Assembly (NCBI GenBank): GCA_963667465.2
Contig: CAXXDN010000002.1
Span: forward strand, 800,001 to 864,000
DNA length: 64,000 nt
Reading direction: 5' to 3'
Source: Dehalococcoidia bacterium
Lineage (GTDB): Bacteria; Chloroflexota; Dehalococcoidia; UBA2979
The translations under genes and the position numbers were made by a program. The notes below the pieces were generated by a model that was given only the letters and a program-made list of their open reading frames with translations, ran no database searches and was not told the DNA's origin. Below, in pieces: positions 16,916 to 26,998 of this stretch (within the stretch, counting starts at the first letter, position 1; every line of letters begins with the position of its first letter).

Positions 16916-17995
16916 CTACTCCCCGGCGCCCGTGGTCCGCGACATTACGTGCAGATCGTCCGCCGGCAGCTCAACCACCCAGCGCTCCTGGCCCGCCACG
17001 CCGAGGATCTCGTAGGGCCTCGATGCAACCTCGACGGCGATCGGCGGTCCGGCTCCCTCGGGCACGAGGTGCAACGTGTGCGTGTTGCCGAAGGCGAGGT
17101 CGTCGACGACGCGCGCGACGAAGCAGTTGTCCGGCAGCGCGCCGTCCGGGTCGATGCGCCGCAGCACCACGCGCTCCGCGCGGATCGCGATGTCGACTGT
17201 CTCCGCGTCGGCCGTGCCGGGCGGCAACGTAGCGCCCAGGGGCAGCCCGGAGACGATCGCGCCGTCGCCCCGGCACTCCCCCTCGAAGATGTTGGAGAAC
17301 CCGGTCAGCTCCGCGACCAGCCGCGAGGCGGGGCGGCGGAACACCTCGTCGCGCGGTCCGAACTGCAGCACGCGGCCCTCGTCGAGGACCGCGATGCGGT
17401 CGCCAAGCAGGTGCGCCTCGCGCAAGTCGTGCGTGACGAAGACGATCGAGAGCCGCATCTCGCGGCGCAGGCGCAGCAGCTCCGCCCGCAGATCGGCGCG
17501 CAACGCCTCGTCGAGCGCCGAGAACGGCTCGTCGAGCAGTAGCACGTCCGAGCGCCGCACGAGCGCCCTCGCGAGGGCGGCTCGCTGCTGCTGCCCGCCC
17601 GAGAGCTGGTGCGGCCGCCGCCCGTCCAGCCCCTCGATCGAGAGTAGTCGCAGCAACTCCTCGTAGCGCCCGGGCGCATCGATGTCGCGCTCGAGCCCGA
17701 TTAGCACGTTGCGCCGCAGATCCAGGTGTGGGAACAGCGTCGGCTCCTGCACGACGTAGCCGCTGCGCCGCTCCTGCGGCGGCAGATCGACGCCCGCAGC
17801 GGCGTCGAAGACCGTGCGCCCGCCGATCTCGATGCGGCCGCCGCGAGGCCGCAGCAAACCCGCGATCGCACGCAGCGTCAGGCTCTTGCCGGAGCCGGAG
17901 CGCCCGTAGAGCACCACCAGCTCGTCGGCGGCCTCGAGGGTGACCGCGAGGTCGAAGTCGCCGACGCGCGCCGCGAAGCGCGCGCGCAGCGTCAT
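16916..17995 (-). CDS. modC: Molybdate ABC transporter ATP-binding protein
   Basis: GRSGSGKS, LSGGQQQR, LLLDEPF, VTHD, TOBE-like tail; coupled to modB. Confidence 0.88.
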   Translation of the reverse strand: MTLRARFAARVGDFDLAVTLEAADELVVLYGRSGSGKSLTLRAIAGLLRPRGGRIEIGGRTVFDAAAGVDLPPQERRSGYVVQEPTLFPHLDLRRNVLIGLERDIDAPGRYEELLRLLSIEGLDGRRPHQLSGGQQQRAALARALVRRSDVLLLDEPFSALDEALRADLRAELLRLRREMRLSIVFVTHDLREAHLLGDRIAVLDEGRVLQFGPRDEVFRRPASRLVAELTGFSNIFEGECRGDGAIVSGLPLGATLPPGTADAETVDIAIRAERVVLRRIDPDGALPDNCFVARVVDDLAFGNTHTLHLVPEGAGPPIAVEVASRPYEILGVAGQERWVVELPADDLHVMSRTTGAGE

Positions 17996-18789
17996 CGGTA
18001 CGCCCCCGCCGAGGCGGTGACGCGGTGCAGCGCGAGCAGCAGCACGGCGGCGAACCCGAGCAGCACCACCGACAGCGAGACCGCACCGGCGATCCCGGCC
18101 TCCGACTCGAAGGCGGCGAGGATCGCGAGCGGCATCGTCTGTGTCCGGCCCGGCAGCGAGCCGGCGAAGAGCAGCGTTGCGCCCAACTCGCCGAGCGCGC
18201 GCGCCCAGCAGAGCACCGCGCCGCCCGCTAGCGAGGGCCAGACCAGCGGCAGCGTCACACTGCGGAAGGTCCGCCAGCGCGAGAGCCCGAGCGTGTAGGC
18301 GACGCCCTCGAAGCGCGGGTCGGCGCCCCGGAAGCCGGCATATGCGGAGCGCACGTAGAAGGGCGCGGAGACGAAGAGCTGCGCCAGCACCACCGCCGTG
18401 GTGGTGAAGGAGAGCGAGAGGCCGATCCCGCCGAGCGTGTCGCCGAGGTAGCCGCTGCGCCCGAACGCGGAGAGCAACGCGATGCCCGCGACCGTCGGTG
18501 GCAGCACCAGCGGCAGGTCGAGCAGCGACGCGGCGAGGCGGGCCGCCCTCGCCCGGCTGCGCGCCAGCAGCCAGGCGAGCGGCGTGCCGAGCAGCACAGC
18601 GATCGCGAGGCTGATCGTGGCGGTGACCATCGAGAGGCGCAGCGCGTCCCAGGTCGCCCCCGATGTGAGCTCGGCGGCGACATCACCGTCGCTGAGGGCG
18701 CGCCAGACGAGGCCGCCGAGCGGCAGGAGCAGCAGGAGCACGAGCAGGGTCGCAGCGACGGCCACCGCGATCGAGACGCTCCGGCTCAT
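17992..18789 (-). CDS. modB: Molybdate ABC transporter permease
   Basis: DLPLVLPPTVAGIALL, WARALGELGATLLFAG and RTQTMPLAI. ATG overlaps the modA stop. Confidence 0.9.
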   Translation of the reverse strand: MSRSVSIAVAVAATLLVLLLLLPLGGLVWRALSDGDVAAELTSGATWDALRLSMVTATISLAIAVLLGTPLAWLLARSRARAARLAASLLDLPLVLPPTVAGIALLSAFGRSGYLGDTLGGIGLSLSFTTTAVVLAQLFVSAPFYVRSAYAGFRGADPRFEGVAYTLGLSRWRTFRSVTLPLVWPSLAGGAVLCWARALGELGATLLFAGSLPGRTQTMPLAILAAFESEAGIAGAVSLSVVLLGFAAVLLLALHRVTASAGAYR

Positions 18790-19601
18790 CGCGCCTGCAC
18801 CCCGGCGACGCTCGGCAGGAAGCCGTAGAGCGCGAAGATCGCCTGCGCGGGCGAGGACAACAGCCAGGCGAGCAGATCCCCGGCCGCCGGTTCGGCCTCC
18901 TCGATCAGAACCGCCACGTACTCGTTCAGCGGGGTCCGGGGCGGCAGCAGGATTGCGCGCAGCCCGTCGCTCAGCGCGACGTCCGAGGCGTAGACGAACG
19001 CCGCGTCCGCCTCGCCGAGTTCGAGTCGCGAGAGCACGATCCGCACGCTCGGGTCCTCCGTCGCAATCTTGTCGCGCAACGCGTGTGCGGTCTCCGGCTG
19101 CTGCTGCTCGACCCACTCAAGGGCGATCCGCGAGAGTGCGCCGACCGGGACCGAGGGCGCCCCGACCGCGATCCGCACGTCCGCCAGCGCCAGATCGCGC
19201 AGGCTGCGCCACGGCGCATCCTCCGGAACGGCGACGACGAGCGCGTTCGCCGTCACCACCGTGGGCTGTCTGGCGAGCCCGGCGTCGAGCAGGCGGGCTG
19301 CCTGCAGCGGATTGGCGGAGATGAAGAGATCGTCGCCCGCCCCTTCCGCGATCTGGGAGGCGAGCACCTGCGAGCCGGCGAAGCGCACCTCGACCTCGAT
19401 GCCGGGATGGGCGCGCTCGAAGCCCCCGACGATGTCGGGCAGGGCGTGCCGCAGCGAGGACGCTGCGGCGAGCGTGACGGTCGGTTTCCGTTCGCCGCTG
19501 TCGCAGCCGCCGAGCAGCAGCGCGAGGACGGCGAGGAGCGCGAGCGCCGGCAGCGGAGCGCGGAGGCGCCATGATAGCGAGAGTCGGCAGGCCGAGCGCA
19601 T
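18786..19601 (-). CDS. modA: Molybdate ABC transporter substrate-binding lipoprotein
   Basis: Lipobox LGGC, AAASSL, FAGSQ.LA.QI.EGA..DLFISAN, VPVG and GEADAAFVYASD. Confidence 0.9.
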   Translation of the reverse strand: MRSACRLSLSWRLRAPLPALALLAVLALLLGGCDSGERKPTVTLAAASSLRHALPDIVGGFERAHPGIEVEVRFAGSQVLASQIAEGAGDDLFISANPLQAARLLDAGLARQPTVVTANALVVAVPEDAPWRSLRDLALADVRIAVGAPSVPVGALSRIALEWVEQQQPETAHALRDKIATEDPSVRIVLSRLELGEADAAFVYASDVALSDGLRAILLPPRTPLNEYVAVLIEEAEPAAGDLLAWLLSSPAQAIFALYGFLPSVAGVQAR

Positions 19602-19757
19602 ACTGCCCAGGGCTCCCCGCAGTCCGCGCCGCCCTGCACAAGCTCAGAACGCCGCCGCGCCTCCGAGTATATTCCGCGGCGCGCCCGGTGCTACGATCGT
19701 TTCCTGTTGGCCACGCAGTCAGCGCGGTCACGGCAGACGCCACAACGGAGACCGGTC

Positions 19758-20312
19758 GTGCATTTCAACGTCGCCACGCTGCTGCAGGAGCCGGTCGGAA
19801 GCCGCCGCGACGGACGCCTCGAGGGCGAGGCGATGCGCGTCGAAACGGTGGACTGGAGCGCCCTCGCGAGCGGCGAGGTGCGGCTGCTTCGCTCGACCCG
19901 CGGCGTGCTGGTGCATGCGCGGCTCGAGACAGCCCCCCTTGTTGAGTGCGCACGCTGCCTCGAGTCGTTCCGCCAGGCGGTCGCGTTGAGCATCGACGAG
20001 GAGTTCGTCGCGCCGTACGACCTGCTGACCGGCGAGCCCGTGGAAGCGATCGACGAGGACGACTTCCGGATCGACGCGCAACACCATCTCGATCTCAGCG
20101 AGGCAGTCCGGCAGTATGAACAGACGGCGATCCCGATCCAGCCGATCTGCCGTCCCGCCTGCGCCGGGTTGTGCGCGGAGTGCGGGAGCAACCGCAACCT
20201 CGCTGCCTGCGAGTGCGCGGAGACAGTCACGGCCGGGCCGTGGGAGGCGCTGAGCGCGCTGAGCGAGCGGCTGCACGCCACGGAGGAACACGATGGCGCT
20301 ACCGAAACGTAG
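19758..20312 (+). CDS. yceD: DUF177/YceD family protein
   Basis: ECARCL, LDLSEAVRQ and CRPACAGLCAECG; lies upstream of rpmF. Confidence 0.9.
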   Translation: MHFNVATLLQEPVGSRRDGRLEGEAMRVETVDWSALASGEVRLLRSTRGVLVHARLETAPLVECARCLESFRQAVALSIDEEFVAPYDLLTGEPVEAIDEDDFRIDAQHHLDLSEAVRQYEQTAIPIQPICRPACAGLCAECGSNRNLAACECAETVTAGPWEALSALSERLHATEEHDGATET

Positions 20313-20502
20313 AACCCCGAAGGCGAAGCAGCGGCAGCGCCGCAGCCACCACCGCATCAACGCGCCGCACCTCGTGCGCTGCACGACCTGCAACTCCTGG
20401 CACGTGAGCCATCACGTGTGCGAGGTGTGCGAGGGTGACTACAATGACGCCGCCGAAGCGGCCCCGGTCGCCGAGGCCGAAGACGACGACGACGAGGAGT
20501 AG
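20293..20502 (+). CDS. rpmF: 50S ribosomal protein L32
   Basis: MALPKRRT.K...RRSH with CxxC..HHVCxxC and an acidic tail. Confidence 0.93.
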   Translation: MALPKRRTPKAKQRQRRSHHRINAPHLVRCTTCNSWHVSHHVCEVCEGDYNDAAEAAPVAEAEDDDDEE

Positions 20503-20562
20503 CCTCCAGCCGGACTCCGCGTGGTTCGGCCCGAGGCATACCGAACACCCCGCGGAGCGCCG

Positions 20563-21519
20563 ATGACCCCCATCACCATCCCGGAACTGCCCGCCGCCGC
20601 CGCCACAGCCTGGCTCTTCCCCGGACAAGGCGCCCAGCACGTCGGCATGGGCCATGACCTCGCCGAGGAGATCCCCGCCGCCCGCGCCGTCTTCGACGCG
20701 GCCGACGAGGCGCTCGGATTCTCACTCTCCACGCTCTGCTTCGAGGGCCCGGAGGACGAGCTGCTGCGCACGGTCAACACCCAGCCGGCACTCGTCGCGC
20801 ACGGCATCGCCGCACTCGCCGCGGCGATCGACCAGGGCAGTATCAGCGAGGCGCCCGCCCTTCTCGCAGGCCACTCGCTGGGCGAGTACGCCGCGCTGAT
20901 CGCGGCGGGCGCGATTAGCTTCGAGGACGGCATCCGGCTGGTCCGCGAGCGCGGGCGGCTGATGCAGGAAGCGTGCGACGCGCAGGCTGGCACGATGGCC
21001 GCCATCCTCGGCCTCGACCGTGACACGCTGGAACCGATCTGCGCCGACCACGGGGCAGCCGTCTGCAACGAGAACGCCGCCGGCAACATCAGCATCGGCG
21101 GGACCGCCGAGGCGGTCGCCGCGGCGAGTGAGGCAGCAACCGAGGCGGGCGCCTCGCGCGTCGTGCCGCTCAAGGTCGCGGGCGCCTTCCACACGCCGCT
21201 GATGGCAAGCGCCGCCGCGGGAATGGCGGCTGTCCTCGCTGCCGCTCCCTTCACGGACCCCGCAACGCCGGTCGTCTCCAACGTGACGGCGCAGCCGCTG
21301 ACCGCGGGGGACGCCCTCGCGGCCGAGCTGCGCGATCAGATCACGAGCCCTGTGCTCTGGCTTGACTCGCTGCGCACGATGCTCGATGCCGGCGTGAGCT
21401 CGTTCGTCGAGTTCGGGCCGGGCCGGGTGCTGACCGGGACGGTCGGCCGGACGGATCGTTCGGCCGCGGTGCGCAACGTCGCGACCGCTGCGGACGCGCG
21501 CGGCGGGGACGAGGAGTAG
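20563..21519 (+). CDS. fabD: Malonyl-CoA:ACP transacylase
   Basis: FPGQGAQ, TQPAL, GHSLGEY, GAFHT and EFGPG. Confidence 0.95.
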   Translation: MTPITIPELPAAAATAWLFPGQGAQHVGMGHDLAEEIPAARAVFDAADEALGFSLSTLCFEGPEDELLRTVNTQPALVAHGIAALAAAIDQGSISEAPALLAGHSLGEYAALIAAGAISFEDGIRLVRERGRLMQEACDAQAGTMAAILGLDRDTLEPICADHGAAVCNENAAGNISIGGTAEAVAAASEAATEAGASRVVPLKVAGAFHTPLMASAAAGMAAVLAAAPFTDPATPVVSNVTAQPLTAGDALAAELRDQITSPVLWLDSLRTMLDAGVSSFVEFGPGRVLTGTVGRTDRSAAVRNVATAADARGGDEE

Positions 21520-21523
21520 CGGC

Positions 21524-22291
21524 ATGGTCGACCAGGCGAACACGAGGCCACTGCTGGGACGCAACGCAGCCATCACAGGCGGCGCGCGGGGCATCGGCCG
21601 AGCGATCGCGATGGAGCTCGGCCGCCACGGCGCGAACGTGATCATCACCTACCGGCGCGAGGAACACCTCGCCAGCGCCGTCGCCAGCGACATCCGCTCG
21701 CTTGGCGTGTCCTGCACCGCCGTGCAGGTGGACGTGCGCAACCAGGACGATCTGGAGGCGCTGTTCGAGGAAGGGCGCCAGCGCCACGGCAAGATCGACA
21801 TCCTCGTCAACAACGCCGGCGTCACCGAGGACGGCCTCGTCGTGCGCATGAGCGACGACTCCTGGGACCGCGTCATCGAGACGAACCTGCGCGGGGCCTT
21901 CCTCGCGACGCGGTTGGCGCTGCGCCAGATGACGCGGGCGCGCTGGGGCCGCGTCATCAACATCACCTCCGTCTCCGGGATCATGGGCAACGCCGGGCAG
22001 GCCAACTACGCCGCGGCCAAGGCAGGCATGATTGGCTTCACGCGCGCCGTGGCTCGCGAGGTTGCCTCGCGCCAGGTCACCGTCAACGCGGTGGCGCCCG
22101 GTTTCGTGCACACGGACCTCACGGCAGGGCTCAGCGACAGCCAGAAGCAGGCGATCCTCGACCTGATCCCGCTCGGCCGCCACGCCGAGCCCGAGGACAT
22201 CGCACCGCTCGTCGCCTTCCTCGCCTCGGACGCCGCGGGTTACATCACCGGCCAGACGCTGCACGTCGACGGCGGCCTGGTGATGCAGTAG
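21524..22291 (+). CDS. fabG: 3-oxoacyl-ACP reductase
   Basis: TGGARGIG, NNAG and GNAGQANYAAAKAG; follows fabD. Confidence 0.93.
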   Translation: MVDQANTRPLLGRNAAITGGARGIGRAIAMELGRHGANVIITYRREEHLASAVASDIRSLGVSCTAVQVDVRNQDDLEALFEEGRQRHGKIDILVNNAGVTEDGLVVRMSDDSWDRVIETNLRGAFLATRLALRQMTRARWGRVINITSVSGIMGNAGQANYAAAKAGMIGFTRAVAREVASRQVTVNAVAPGFVHTDLTAGLSDSQKQAILDLIPLGRHAEPEDIAPLVAFLASDAAGYITGQTLHVDGGLVMQ

Positions 22292-22297
22292 CGGGCG

Positions 22298-22765
22298 ATG
22301 CCGCCCGGCTCCCGCCGCCGTTCCCGCATCGTCGCCTTCCAGGTGCTCTACGAGGCGGACCAATCCGGCCGCGATCTGCGGCCCATCCTGGAGCGACATC
22401 TGGACGAATCGCGGCTTTCCGCGGATGCCGCGGCCTTCACCCGCTCGCTCGTCGAGGGCGTGGAGGAGCATCGCGAGCAACTGGACCAGCGGATCGCCGC
22501 GCAGGCGCCCGCGTTCCCCCTCTCCTCGATGGCGCCGATCGACCGCAACCTGCTGCGCCTTGCCCTCTTCGAGATATGCTTCGATAATCGCCGTGCTCCG
22601 CTGCCGGTCGTAATCAACGAGGCCGTCGAACTGGCCAAGGGATACGGCTCGGAGTCATCCGGGCGCTTCGTCCACGGGGTGCTCGGAGGGATCACGGCGG
22701 CGGACGCCACGGACCGCGAGGCGACGACCAACGAGCACGCCGGGCGCTCCGCCGGACCCGACTGA
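22298..22765 (+). CDS. nusB: Transcription antitermination factor NusB
   Basis: RRRSR..AFQVLY, IDRNLLRLA and INEAVELAKGYG...FVHGVL. Confidence 0.95.
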   Translation: MPPGSRRRSRIVAFQVLYEADQSGRDLRPILERHLDESRLSADAAAFTRSLVEGVEEHREQLDQRIAAQAPAFPLSSMAPIDRNLLRLALFEICFDNRRAPLPVVINEAVELAKGYGSESSGRFVHGVLGGITAADATDREATTNEHAGRSAGPD

Positions 22766-22801
22766 ACCGGCGCCCGCCCCCAGACCGAGAGGACCGCACC
22801 G

Positions 22802-23062
22802 GTGGCAACCACGTACGAGCGCGTTCGCGCCCTGATCGTCGAGCAACTCGGCGTCGACGAATCCCAGGTGACTCCCAACGCCTCCTTCGTCGATGACCTC
22901 AACGCCGACTCACTCGACCTCGTCGAGCTGATCATGTCGATGGAGGAGGAGTTCTCCGCCGACGGCACGGACATCGAGATCTCGGACGAGGACGCGGAGA
23001 AGATCCAGAGCGTCCAGGACGCCCTCGACTACCTGCACGACCTCGGCATCGAGGACGAGTAG
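22802..23062 (+). CDS. acpP: Acyl carrier protein
   Basis: [15 protein letters not shown] phosphopantetheine site. Confidence 0.97.
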   Translation: MATTYERVRALIVEQLGVDESQVTPNASFVDDLNADSLDLVELIMSMEEEFSADGTDIEISDEDAEKIQSVQDALDYLHDLGIEDE

Positions 23063-23176
23063 CGCGCGCCGCCCGCGGGCGGCGTCTACGCCCCGGTGCA
23101 GCGGAGTCCCGGCCGCTCGCCGCGGTGAACCGCGCGTGGCCGAACGGAGCCGCGCCGGGCGTACTATCCTGTAGAC

Positions 23177-23620
23177 ATGGAACTGCTTGGCGTCGGTGTT
23201 GCCGAGGCGTTCGTGGTCCTCGTGATCTCGCTGATCGTCGTCGGCCCGCAGCGCTTCCCCGAGATCGCCCGCCAGGGCGGCCGCTATTTCCGCATGGCCC
23301 GGCGCTACGCCGCCGAAGTCACCGCCGACGTGCGCGGCGCGATGCAGGAGCTTGAGGCCGAGGTCGAGGAGCAGCGCGAAGAACTGATGGCCGCCCGGGA
23401 GGACATCTCCAGCGGCATCAGCACCTCGATCGAGGAGACCCGGAGCGATCTCCGCGACATCGGGCGTGAAACACAGGACGCTTTGCGGGACGCACCGGCC
23501 GCCGACGTACCGGCGGCGCGCGAGCCCGACACCTCCGGGAACGGCGCCGCCCCTCCCGCTGCGGCCAGCGGGCTGCTGACGCCTCGTGAACTCCCCGCGC
23601 GCGACGGCGAGAGCGACTAG
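23177..23620 (+). CDS. tatB: Twin-arginine translocase TatB/TatA-family subunit
   Basis: GVGVAE..V..ISLIVVGPQRFPEIAR followed by an amphipathic helix; precedes tatC. Confidence 0.85.
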   Translation: MELLGVGVAEAFVVLVISLIVVGPQRFPEIARQGGRYFRMARRYAAEVTADVRGAMQELEAEVEEQREELMAAREDISSGISTSIEETRSDLRDIGRETQDALRDAPAADVPAAREPDTSGNGAAPPAAASGLLTPRELPARDGESD

Positions 23621-23623
23621 GCC

Positions 23624-24433
23624 GTGACCAGCGCCCCGACCGACGAGCAAATCCCACCGGAACCGGACGCCGGGGAGGAGCCCGACGGCGAAGAAGAGGA
23701 GCGCGACGGCGGGGAGATGACCCTGCTCGGTCACCTCCTGGAGTTGCGCACCCGCGTCACCTGGATGGCGGGGGCGATCATCCTCGGCATGTGCATCTTC
23801 TTCCCGCCGCCCGTCAACTTCGCGATCTGGGAGTTCCTGCTCGAACCGGCGCGCTCGCGCATCGAGAACTTCGAGGCGCAGGCGATCGAGCCGCTGGAGA
23901 ACCTCGGCGTCTACTTCCGGATCGCGCTCGCCTGCGGCCTCGCCGTGGCGATGCCGATGCTCGTCTACCAGACGATGCGCTTCGTCACCCCGGCGCTGAC
24001 GAGGCAGGAGAAGCGCTGGATCTACCCGATCGCGCTCGGCGCCTCATTCGCCTTCCTCGCGGGCATGGCCTTCGCCTACTTCGTCGTGCTGCCGGCCGCT
24101 TACGGCTTCCTCTTCCAGTTCGGGAGTGACCTGGCGTCGCCGAATCCGCGCATTAGCAGCTACATGGACCTGACGCTGCGGCTGATCGTAATCCTCGGGT
24201 TCGTGTTCGAGATGCCGATCCTGATCATGGGGCTCGCGCGCATCCGCGTCGTGCACTGGCGCAAGCTGCTCGGCTGGTGGCGCATGGCGATCATCGGCGC
24301 CTTCGTCGTCTCAGCCATCGCGACGCCGACGATCGACCCGGTGACGCAGTCGCTGGTCGCCGGGCCGATGATCGTCCTCTACGGCCTTGGCATCGGCCTC
24401 GCCTGGGTCGTGCGTCCGAGGGCCGAGGAGTAG
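23624..24433 (+). CDS. tatC: Twin-arginine translocase subunit TatC
   Basis: MTLLGHLLELRTR, FVTPAL..EK, GFVFEMP and TPTIDP. Confidence 0.95.
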   Translation: MTSAPTDEQIPPEPDAGEEPDGEEEERDGGEMTLLGHLLELRTRVTWMAGAIILGMCIFFPPPVNFAIWEFLLEPARSRIENFEAQAIEPLENLGVYFRIALACGLAVAMPMLVYQTMRFVTPALTRQEKRWIYPIALGASFAFLAGMAFAYFVVLPAAYGFLFQFGSDLASPNPRISSYMDLTLRLIVILGFVFEMPILIMGLARIRVVHWRKLLGWWRMAIIGAFVVSAIATPTIDPVTQSLVAGPMIVLYGLGIGLAWVVRPRAEE

Positions 24434-24510
24434 CCGCGCCGCATCCGCCAGACCGATCAGCTGCATACGCAGCGCTACCGTTTCCGTAAGCGTGCTACGA
24501 TAGGCTGCAG

Positions 24511-25206
24511 ATGAGTGATGCCATCGGCAGTCCGTCTCGGGCGGCCAACCCCGCCCTGCTCACCCTCTACGAGGAGATTGCCGATTGCCCCGCCTGCGAA
24601 CTGGCCCGTACGCGCACGCAGACCGTCCCCGGCGCCGGCCCCGCCCCTGCCGAGGTGATGTGCATCGGCGAGGCGCCCGGCGCGCGCGAGGATGAACAGG
24701 GCCTGCCTTTCGTCGGGCCCGCCGGCCGCTTCCTCGACCAGTTGCTGGGTGGCGTCGGGCTTTCGCGGGAGGCGGTGCACATCGCCAACGTCGTGAAGTG
24801 CCGCCCGCCGGGGAACCGCGATCCGCAACCCGAGGAGATCGCGGCCTGCAACCCCTTTCTCGAACGCCAGATCGCGATTGTCGATCCGCTGCTGATCGTC
24901 ACGCTCGGGCGCTTCTCGATGTCCCGCTGGTTCCCTGGCGCCTCGATCAGCCGCATCCACGGCCAACCGAAGGATTTCGGTGGGCGCATCGTCCTGCCGA
25001 TGTACCACCCGGCCGCGGCGCTCCACCGCGGCGACCTGCGCCCGGTGATCGAGGCCGATTTCGCCCGCATTCCCGAGCTTCTGGAGCAGGCGCGGCGCGG
25101 GGGCCAGGCCGGGGACGCCGCCGCCTCCGAACCGTCCGCTCCGTACGTCCAGGCAAGCGCGGCCGCTGCTCCCGGCTCCTCGTCCGGGCAGCGTTCCCTG
25201 CTGTGA
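24511..25206 (+). CDS. Uracil-DNA glycosylase, family 4 (Fe-S)
   Basis: [30 protein letters not shown] and YHPAA. Confidence 0.93.
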   Translation: MSDAIGSPSRAANPALLTLYEEIADCPACELARTRTQTVPGAGPAPAEVMCIGEAPGAREDEQGLPFVGPAGRFLDQLLGGVGLSREAVHIANVVKCRPPGNRDPQPEEIAACNPFLERQIAIVDPLLIVTLGRFSMSRWFPGASISRIHGQPKDFGGRIVLPMYHPAAALHRGDLRPVIEADFARIPELLEQARRGGQAGDAAASEPSAPYVQASAAAAPGSSSGQRSLL

Positions 25207-26936
25207 GCGCGCGCAACGGGGCGACCCTGCGGGTCATTCCCCTCGGCGGCCTCGGCGAGATCGGCCGCAACATGATGCTCTACGAGCAGGGCGACGACGT
25301 GATCGCCGTCGACGTGGGGCTGATGTTCCCCGAGGAGCACATGCCCGGCGTCGACCTCGTGATCCCGGACCTGCGCTACTTGCTGCAGAACGCCGAGCGG
25401 CTGCGCGCCGTCTTCCTCACGCACGGCCACGAGGACCACATCGGCGCGCTGCCCTTCCTGATGCGCGCGCTGCGCGATCACGGCGAGCCGCTCCCGCCCG
25501 TCTTCTGCACCCAGCTCACACGAGGCCTCGTGCAGGTCAAGCTGCGCGAGCACCGGCTACTCGAAGAGACGCACGTGCAGGTGATCGAGCCGGGCCAGAC
25601 GATCGAGGCCGGTTCGTTCTCTGTCGAGCCGTTCGCCGTCTCGCACTCTATCCCGGACTCGGTGGGGTTCATCATCCACACCTCGCTCGGTCCGGTCGTG
25701 CACACCGGCGATTTCAAGATCGACCACACGCCGGTGATGGGGCAGCACACGGACCTCACGCGCCTTGCCGAGATCGGCCGCGAGGGCGTCGTGCTGCTCG
25801 CGGCGGACTCCACCTACGCGGAGATCGAGGGCCACACACCCTCCGAGCAGACGGTCGCCGACGCGCTCGATCGCGTGATCGGAGATGCGCCGGGGCGGGT
25901 CGTCGTCGCGACCTTCGCCTCGCTGATCTCGCGCGTGCAGATGGTGATCGACGCGGCCGAACGCTATGACCTGCGCGTCTTCGTCACGGGCCGTTCGATG
26001 GTCAACAACGTGCAGATGGCGCGCGAGCTCGGCTACCTCGACGTGCCCGACGGCATCCTCATGAACGTGCGCGAGATGCAGGAACACCCGGACTCGCGCA
26101 CCGTCGTGATCAGCACCGGCGCGCAGGGCGAGCCGACCGCCGCCCTCACCCGCATGGCGAACGGCGATCACCAGCACATCGCGATCACCGAGGGCGACAC
26201 GGTGATCCTCTCCTCGAACCCGATCCCCGGGAACGAGGCGCTCGTCGACCGCAACATCGACAACCTCTTCCGGGCCGGGGCGCGCGTCGTCTACAACCGC
26301 ATCGCGCCCGTCCACGTCCGCGGCCACGCCGCGCGCGAGGAGCTGAAGATCATCCACCGCCTCGTGCAGCCCCGGCACTTCGCCGGCATCCACGGCGAGC
26401 ACCGCCACCTGGTGATGCACCGCGAACTCGCAATCGACCTCGGGATCGACGCGGACGACGCCTTCGTCCTCAGCGACGGCGACGTGCTGGAGATCAGCGA
26501 GGACGGCGCAGCGATCGCCGATGTCGTCCCTGCCGATTATGTCTATGTCGACGGCATCGGCATCGGCGACATCGACCACATCGTGCTGCGCGACCGGCAG
26601 CGGCTCGCCTCGGACGGAATGTGCGTGGTGGTCGTCGCCGTCGACCGGCGCCGCGGCGAGCTGGTCGGCGTCCCGCAGGTGCTGCTGCATGGCTTTGTGG
26701 GCCCCGAGGAAGAGGAACTGATCACAGAGCGCGTGTGCCAGCTGGTCGCCAACCTCGCCGGTGGCGAGGAGGGGCGTCGCGACTGGACCGACTGGCGTGA
26801 GACACTGGAGGACGAGGTGGCTCGCCTCCTCTATCGCGAGACGCACCGGCGGCCCGTTGTACTGCCGGTCACCGTGGAGGCGCCGTCCGGCGAACGGGGC
26901 GGCGTCCTGCCAAGGAGCGCAACGACGGAGGAGTGA
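25203..26936 (+). CDS. rnj: Ribonuclease J
   Basis: [34 protein letters not shown] and HVRGHA. GTG overlaps the udg stop. Confidence 0.95.
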   Translation: MSARNGATLRVIPLGGLGEIGRNMMLYEQGDDVIAVDVGLMFPEEHMPGVDLVIPDLRYLLQNAERLRAVFLTHGHEDHIGALPFLMRALRDHGEPLPPVFCTQLTRGLVQVKLREHRLLEETHVQVIEPGQTIEAGSFSVEPFAVSHSIPDSVGFIIHTSLGPVVHTGDFKIDHTPVMGQHTDLTRLAEIGREGVVLLAADSTYAEIEGHTPSEQTVADALDRVIGDAPGRVVVATFASLISRVQMVIDAAERYDLRVFVTGRSMVNNVQMARELGYLDVPDGILMNVREMQEHPDSRTVVISTGAQGEPTAALTRMANGDHQHIAITEGDTVILSSNPIPGNEALVDRNIDNLFRAGARVVYNRIAPVHVRGHAAREELKIIHRLVQPRHFAGIHGEHRHLVMHRELAIDLGIDADDAFVLSDGDVLEISEDGAAIADVVPADYVYVDGIGIGDIDHIVLRDRQRLASDGMCVVVVAVDRRRGELVGVPQVLLHGFVGPEEEELITERVCQLVANLAGGEEGRRDWTDWRETLEDEVARLLYRETHRRPVVLPVTVEAPSGERGGVLPRSATTEE

Positions 26937-26998
26937 GCAGAGCCCTCGAACCGGACCGCTTGCCTGGCGGGGGGCGGTCCGGTTGAAGGAGCGGAGCG

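Noticed and set aside
19602-19757. Possible Moco/Wco riboswitch or ModE box upstream of modA
   Set aside because: No recognisable consensus; only divergent -10-like hexamers are visible.
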